Assembly (NCBI GenBank): GCA_965223265.1
Contig: OZ244999.1
Location: 832,001-896,000 of the forward strand
Source: Planctomycetota bacterium
GTDB taxonomy: Bacteria > Planctomycetota > UBA8108 > SXIK01
Direction: 5' to 3'
DNA: 64,000 nt
In this document: positions 63,330 to 64,000 of the stretch, piece by piece
How positions within the stretch are numbered: the stretch's first letter is position 1
Layout of the letters: the number at the start of each line of letters is the position of its first letter
Notes under the pieces: model-generated
What the model was told of the DNA's origin: nothing
Seen by the model: only the letters and a program-made list of their open reading frames with translations
Database searches by the model: none
Program-made: the position numbers and the translations under genes

Positions 63330-63624
63330 TTGAGCACCTCGTCGTGGTTTGGATTCGTTGGACACCATGAAGATCATCAAACTCCATACCGGCCCTTGAA
63401 CTTTGTCCTAACCACGAAATCCTCTTCTGGTTAGGGTTTGCGCCTCGTGCGACGTCGAGAGTCGAGATGTCTAAACCTTGGACGCTGAACCCGCGTTCGG
63501 AACCGGTCCGAACGAGCCCGGCAACCGTTCCCGATGCGGGGCGGCTCGAAGAGGCGGCCCGGCGAAAGTCTCACTCATCCTCCCGCTCGCGCAGCTCAGC
63601 GTCTCGTCTGCGTCGTTACCGCGT

Positions 63625-64000
63625 TCAGCTGCGGCCGGCCAAACGCTGCGTCAGCTCGCGGAACTTGTCCCCTCGCTGCATGAAGTTCGTGAACATGTCG
63701 TAGCTGGGGCATGCTGGAGATAGCACGACCGAGTCGCCGGGCGCCGCGAGGGAGCACGCCGCTGCGACCGCTTCCTCAAAGTTGGCGGCGCGGTGAATTG
63801 CGGGCCCGCCGCGGCGGGACGGGATTTCGGCTTCGATTTCCGTCGCAGTCTCGCCGATGAGAACTGCCGCGCGTGTGCGCTGTGCGATGCGGCGACCTAG
63901 GCGTGAAAAGTCTCTCGCTCCAGAGCGTGCTCCACCGCAGATGAGCACCATGTGTGGGCCGAGTGCATCGAGCGCTGCGAGCGTCGAATCGGGATTGGTC
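63625..64000 (-). CDS. murD: UDP-N-acetylmuramoyl-L-alanine--D-glutamate ligase, C-terminal part (truncated by the window)
   Basis: TNPDSTLAAL...LICGG...LIGE...VVLSPACPSYDMFTNFMQRGDKF. Confidence 0.93.
   Translation of the reverse strand, partial: TNPDSTLAALDALGPHMVLICGGARSGARDFSRLGRRIAQRTRAAVLIGETATEIEAEIPSRRGGPAIHRAANFEEAVAAACSLAAPGDSVVLSPACPSYDMFTNFMQRGDKFRELTQRLAGRS

Overview
This is a high-GC bacterial chromosomal segment, most likely from a Planctomycetota genome. That is an inference from the FxRGDxN dockerin-like domain, a DUF4388-TPR protein, a short RpoD-type sigma factor and HEAT/FG-GAP/lamin-tail secreted proteins. Most of the window is housekeeping and envelope genes: recD2 (truncated at the left edge), DUF72, an FG-GAP/protease/DUF3352-like operon, glucose dehydrogenase, RND and ABC transport genes, an RNase II-family gene, tkt, apt, a sigma-70 factor, two sigma-54 activators, groES-groEL, oppA, UDP-glucuronate decarboxylase, CocE, ROK, an orphan m6A methyltransferase, NAD kinase and murD (truncated at the right edge). 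I saw no CRISPR array, rRNA, canonical tRNA or transposase. The most notable unexplained structures are: (1) two MITE families, one with YTAA target duplications, including a copy that has rewritten the C-terminus of a host gene, plus a nested MITE hotspot; (2) an HNH nuclease flanked by a tRNA-like element upstream and a long hairpin downstream; (3) several apparent pseudo-enzymes (Lnt-like, CotH-like, and a sigma-54 activator with Walker B DE changed to DM); (4) a His-Ser/His-Ala hexamer repeat tract. All calls come from reading motifs by eye; no searches were run.
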